A stretch of 64,000 nucleotides of DNA. Origin: an uncultured Actinomycetota bacterium (lineage in GTDB: Bacteria > Actinomycetota > Thermoleophilia > RBG-16-64-13). Positions 61,934 to 64,000 of the stretch are shown one piece after another (the stretch's first letter is position 1; each line of letters begins with the position of its first letter). The notes under the pieces are model-generated. The model saw only the letters and a program-made list of their open reading frames with translations. It did not search any database and was not told the DNA's origin. The stretch covers positions 1,455,056 through 1,519,055 of the forward strand of contig CAVTPV010000005.1 of assembly GCA_963736705.1 (NCBI GenBank). The letters are read 5' to 3'. Position numbers and translations under genes: made by a program.

Positions 61934-64000
61934 TTATCTCAGCACTCCAAGAACGTCGATGGCGTCAAGATCGATGGTGTAGTCGGTGGAGCTCGAGTTC
62001 TTCGTGCCCAAGCGAGTGATGGTCACGGTGTGATCCCCAGGCGCCAAGAAGCCGCTCTGCCAGACTGTCTTGTACGTCGTCGCTGAGGAGTACAGATCGA
62101 CGGTGTAGTTGGTGATCCCGTCCACGGTGACCCTCATCTTGCCGTAGTTGGAAGCCTTCCTCGCGATGAGGTTGAGACCGACTCCCGTGAACTTCACGGT
62201 GATCGCGGCCCCCGCGCTGTTGATGTACTTGTAGCCGCCACCGGACGCCGAGGCGTTGGCGCCGCTCGGCCACGAGGTGAACACCGGGCTCCACAGGAGC
62301 AGCGGATCGGTCTCTTCCTTGCGCGACGCGGTCAGCAGCGTCCCGGCCAGATCGATGGCGTCAACGGTGACGTACTTGCCACTGACGTTCGAGGCGCTTC
62401 GCACGATCTTGACCGTGTGATATCCGGGAGCAAGGATGTCGGTGGACCAGACCTTGGTGTGGTAGATGACCGCGGGCGACGAGAGATCGACGGTGGTCTT
62501 GAAGACGTTGTCGAGGTACACGTCGGCCTTGCCGGTGGTGGTGCCCTTGGTCGCTATCCAGTCGAGTTGCGTGCCGTTGAAGGGGATGACGAACGTCGCG
62601 CCCGACGTGCTTGACCGCAGGTAGGAGCCGCCGGAGGCCGAGGCCGTCGAATACGCTCCCCACGTGCCCGTGCGTACGAAGGCGGGGTTGGTGAGAAGGG
62701 CTTCGGTGCGCGTGACCGGCTGAGGCACCGCGTACGTGAAGTCGTCGTATGGGGTGTCACTCGTTGTGCCGCCGGCCGCAGTCACCTGGACCCGCACCGG
62801 ACCGGCAGTATGGCTGGGGGCAGTGGCGGTGATCCTGGTGGGCGAGGCGACCGTGAACGTGGTGGCGGCCTCTCCATCGAACGTGACCGACGTCACCTCG
62901 TTGAAACCGGTACCGGAGATGGCCACCGAGGAGCCCCCGGCCGTGGAGCCGATTGCAGGCGACAAGGAGGTGATGGACGGAACGGCGTAGACCAACTGAC
63001 CCAGCACTTCTACCCTGTCCAGCGTGATGTACTTGCCGGCCGCGTTGGCGGCGCTCCGCTCGATCCTCACCTCATGCAGCCCATAGTGCAGAAGGCCGGT
63101 GTGCCAGACGTTCACCTGATAGGCGGCCGCCACAGCCGCCAGGTCGATGGTGGTCTGCAGGTCGCCGTCGAGATAGACGTCGGCCTTGCCGGTGGTCGTG
63201 CCCTTCATGGCGATCCAATCGAGCCTGTCGCCCACGAAAGTAATGACGGCCGAGGAATCGCCGGTGTTCGCGCGGGAGTAGCCGCCCGACGAGGCGGAGC
63301 CCGTGGTGAAGGCTGCCCAGGCGCCGTTGTAGGCGATGCGGGCGTCGCCGTCCTCATAGGAGGCCAGAGGGGGCGAGGTGTAGGTAAACGCGGCGGACGG
63401 CGATTCGGGTGTGGTCCCCCCCGCCGCGACCACCTGGACGCGCATCGGACCGGCGGTGCCGGGTGGAGTGGTAGCGGATATCTGGGTCTCGGAGATGATG
63501 GTGAGATTGGTCGCCGCCAGACCGCCGAACGTGACCGCGGAAGCCCCGCTGAGCCCCACGAACCCGGTCCCTTCGATGACCACGTCGGTGCCGCCGGCGC
63601 TCGGGCCACTCGCAGGGGTCACCCCCGAGATCGCGGGCGCCGCGACGAAGCGGTAGTCGTCCGCCGGCGTGTCGGCGCTGGTGCCGCCGGGCCCCGTCAC
63701 ACTGATGGAAACGCTGGCCACGGAGTGTAGCGGGGACACGGCGGTGATCTGCGAGTTGCTGTTGACTGTGAACGTGGCGGCGGGAGTGCCGCCGAACGAG
63801 ACGGCCGTGGCTCCGCTGAAATGGCCTCCGGTAATGACCACATTGCTGCCGCCTGCAGCCGGGCCCGCCGCGGGCGCCACTGCGGCGATGACCGGAGCGT
63901 CCGTGTACCTATAGTCGTCGGCCAGGGTATCGGGGCTTGTGCCGCCGGGCGTGGTGACGCGGACCCTGACACTACCGTCCACGTGGCCGGGAGCCGTCGC
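61934..64000 (-). CDS. large secreted/surface protein with IPT/TIG repeats and three unassigned ~130-aa modules (N-terminus outside window)
   Basis: At least 4 IPT/TIG-like units (P.I..V.P..GP.AGG..V.I.G.GF.....V.FGG..A..F.V.S...I.A..P....G.V.V.V....G.S). The reading frame stays open to the window edge. Confidence 0.8.
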   Translation of the reverse strand, partial: ATAPGHVDGSVRVRVTTPGGTSPDTLADDYRYTDAPVIAAVAPAAGPAAGGSNVVITGGHFSGATAVSFGGTPAATFTVNSNSQITAVSPLHSVASVSISVTGPGGTSADTPADDYRFVAAPAISGVTPASGPSAGGTDVVIEGTGFVGLSGASAVTFGGLAATNLTIISETQISATTPPGTAGPMRVQVVAAGGTTPESPSAAFTYTSPPLASYEDGDARIAYNGAWAAFTTGSASSGGYSRANTGDSSAVITFVGDRLDWIAMKGTTTGKADVYLDGDLQTTIDLAAVAAAYQVNVWHTGLLHYGLHEVRIERSAANAAGKYITLDRVEVLGQLVYAVPSITSLSPAIGSTAGGSSVAISGTGFNEVTSVTFDGEAATTFTVASPTRITATAPSHTAGPVRVQVTAAGGTTSDTPYDDFTYAVPQPVTRTEALLTNPAFVRTGTWGAYSTASASGGSYLRSSTSGATFVIPFNGTQLDWIATKGTTTGKADVYLDNVFKTTVDLSSPAVIYHTKVWSTDILAPGYHTVKIVRSASNVSGKYVTVDAIDLAGTLLTASRKEETDPLLLWSPVFTSWPSGANASASGGGYKYINSAGAAITVKFTGVGLNLIARKASNYGKMRVTVDGITNYTVDLYSSATTYKTVWQSGFLAPGDHTVTITRLGTKNSSSTDYTIDLDAIDVLGVLR
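61937..62332 (-). repeat. module C (more divergent) of the ~130-aa repeated beta-rich domain
   Basis: FTSWPSG..SASGGGYKY..VKFTGVGLNLIARKASNYGKMRVTVDG..TVDLYS..KTVWQSGFLAPGDHTVTITR..DYTIDLDAIDVLG. Confidence 0.65.
62333..62725 (-). repeat. module B of the ~130-aa repeated beta-rich domain
   Basis: RTGTWGAY..SASGGSYLR..IPFNGTQLDWIATKGTTTGKADVYLDN..TVDLSS..TKVWSTD.LAPGYHTVKIVR..GKYVTVDAIDLAG. Confidence 0.7.
62987..63373 (-). repeat. module A of the ~130-aa repeated beta-rich domain
   Basis: YNGAWAAF..SASSGGYSR..ITFVGDRLDWIAMKGTTTGKADVYLDG..TIDLAA..VNVWHTG.L.YGLHEVRIER..GKYITLDRVEVLG. Confidence 0.7.

Overview
GC-rich bacterial chromosomal window with actinobacterial-type gene order. About 85% is housekeeping operons on the + strand:
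- metK-priA-def-fmt-rpe
- FMN riboswitch plus ribD-ribE-ribBA-ribH
- rpmB
- DUF1858-asp23-fakA-fakB-recG-rsmD-coaD-yceD-rpmF
- an EF-G paralog
- dCMP deaminase and an RpiR regulator
- yebC-ruvC-ruvA-ruvB-queH-queA-tgt-yajC-secDF
- phasin-like gene plus ubiB
- recJ-rel-MBL-hisS-aspS
- a lipoprotein
- an IscU-like::mnmA fusion
- DUF948-ytxH-usfX-like-sigF-like
- alaS-ruvX-mltG-aroE

This block runs straight into a type IV pilus motor operon: pilB, pilT, a 0.5-kb odd spacer with an orphan ORF, then pilC. The last 9 kb is the only accessory-looking part. It holds a minus-strand block (gcvH, a 96-aa RsiG-like coiled-coil protein, a 112-aa orphan, a zinc-ribbon GarA-like FHA protein, a MerR regulator, apt). 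It also holds a divergent mglB-mglA (Roadblock plus Ras-like GTPase) pair, a nucleotidyltransferase::degenerate-PMM fusion, and a truncated IPT/TIG surface protein with three copies of an unassigned ~130-aa module.

The most interesting hypothesis is a c-di-GMP and polarity control neighbourhood for type IV pili: MshEN-like PilB N-terminus, RsiG-like motif protein and MglBA within 9 kb.

Major caveat: by hand count about 55-60 frame breaks interrupt conserved genes, and they are unevenly distributed. Many long ORFs in the track are therefore fragments or artificial fusions. I label such genes pseudogene (as sequenced), although assembly indels are the more likely cause. I found no rRNA, tRNA, CRISPR array, IS element or phage genes.
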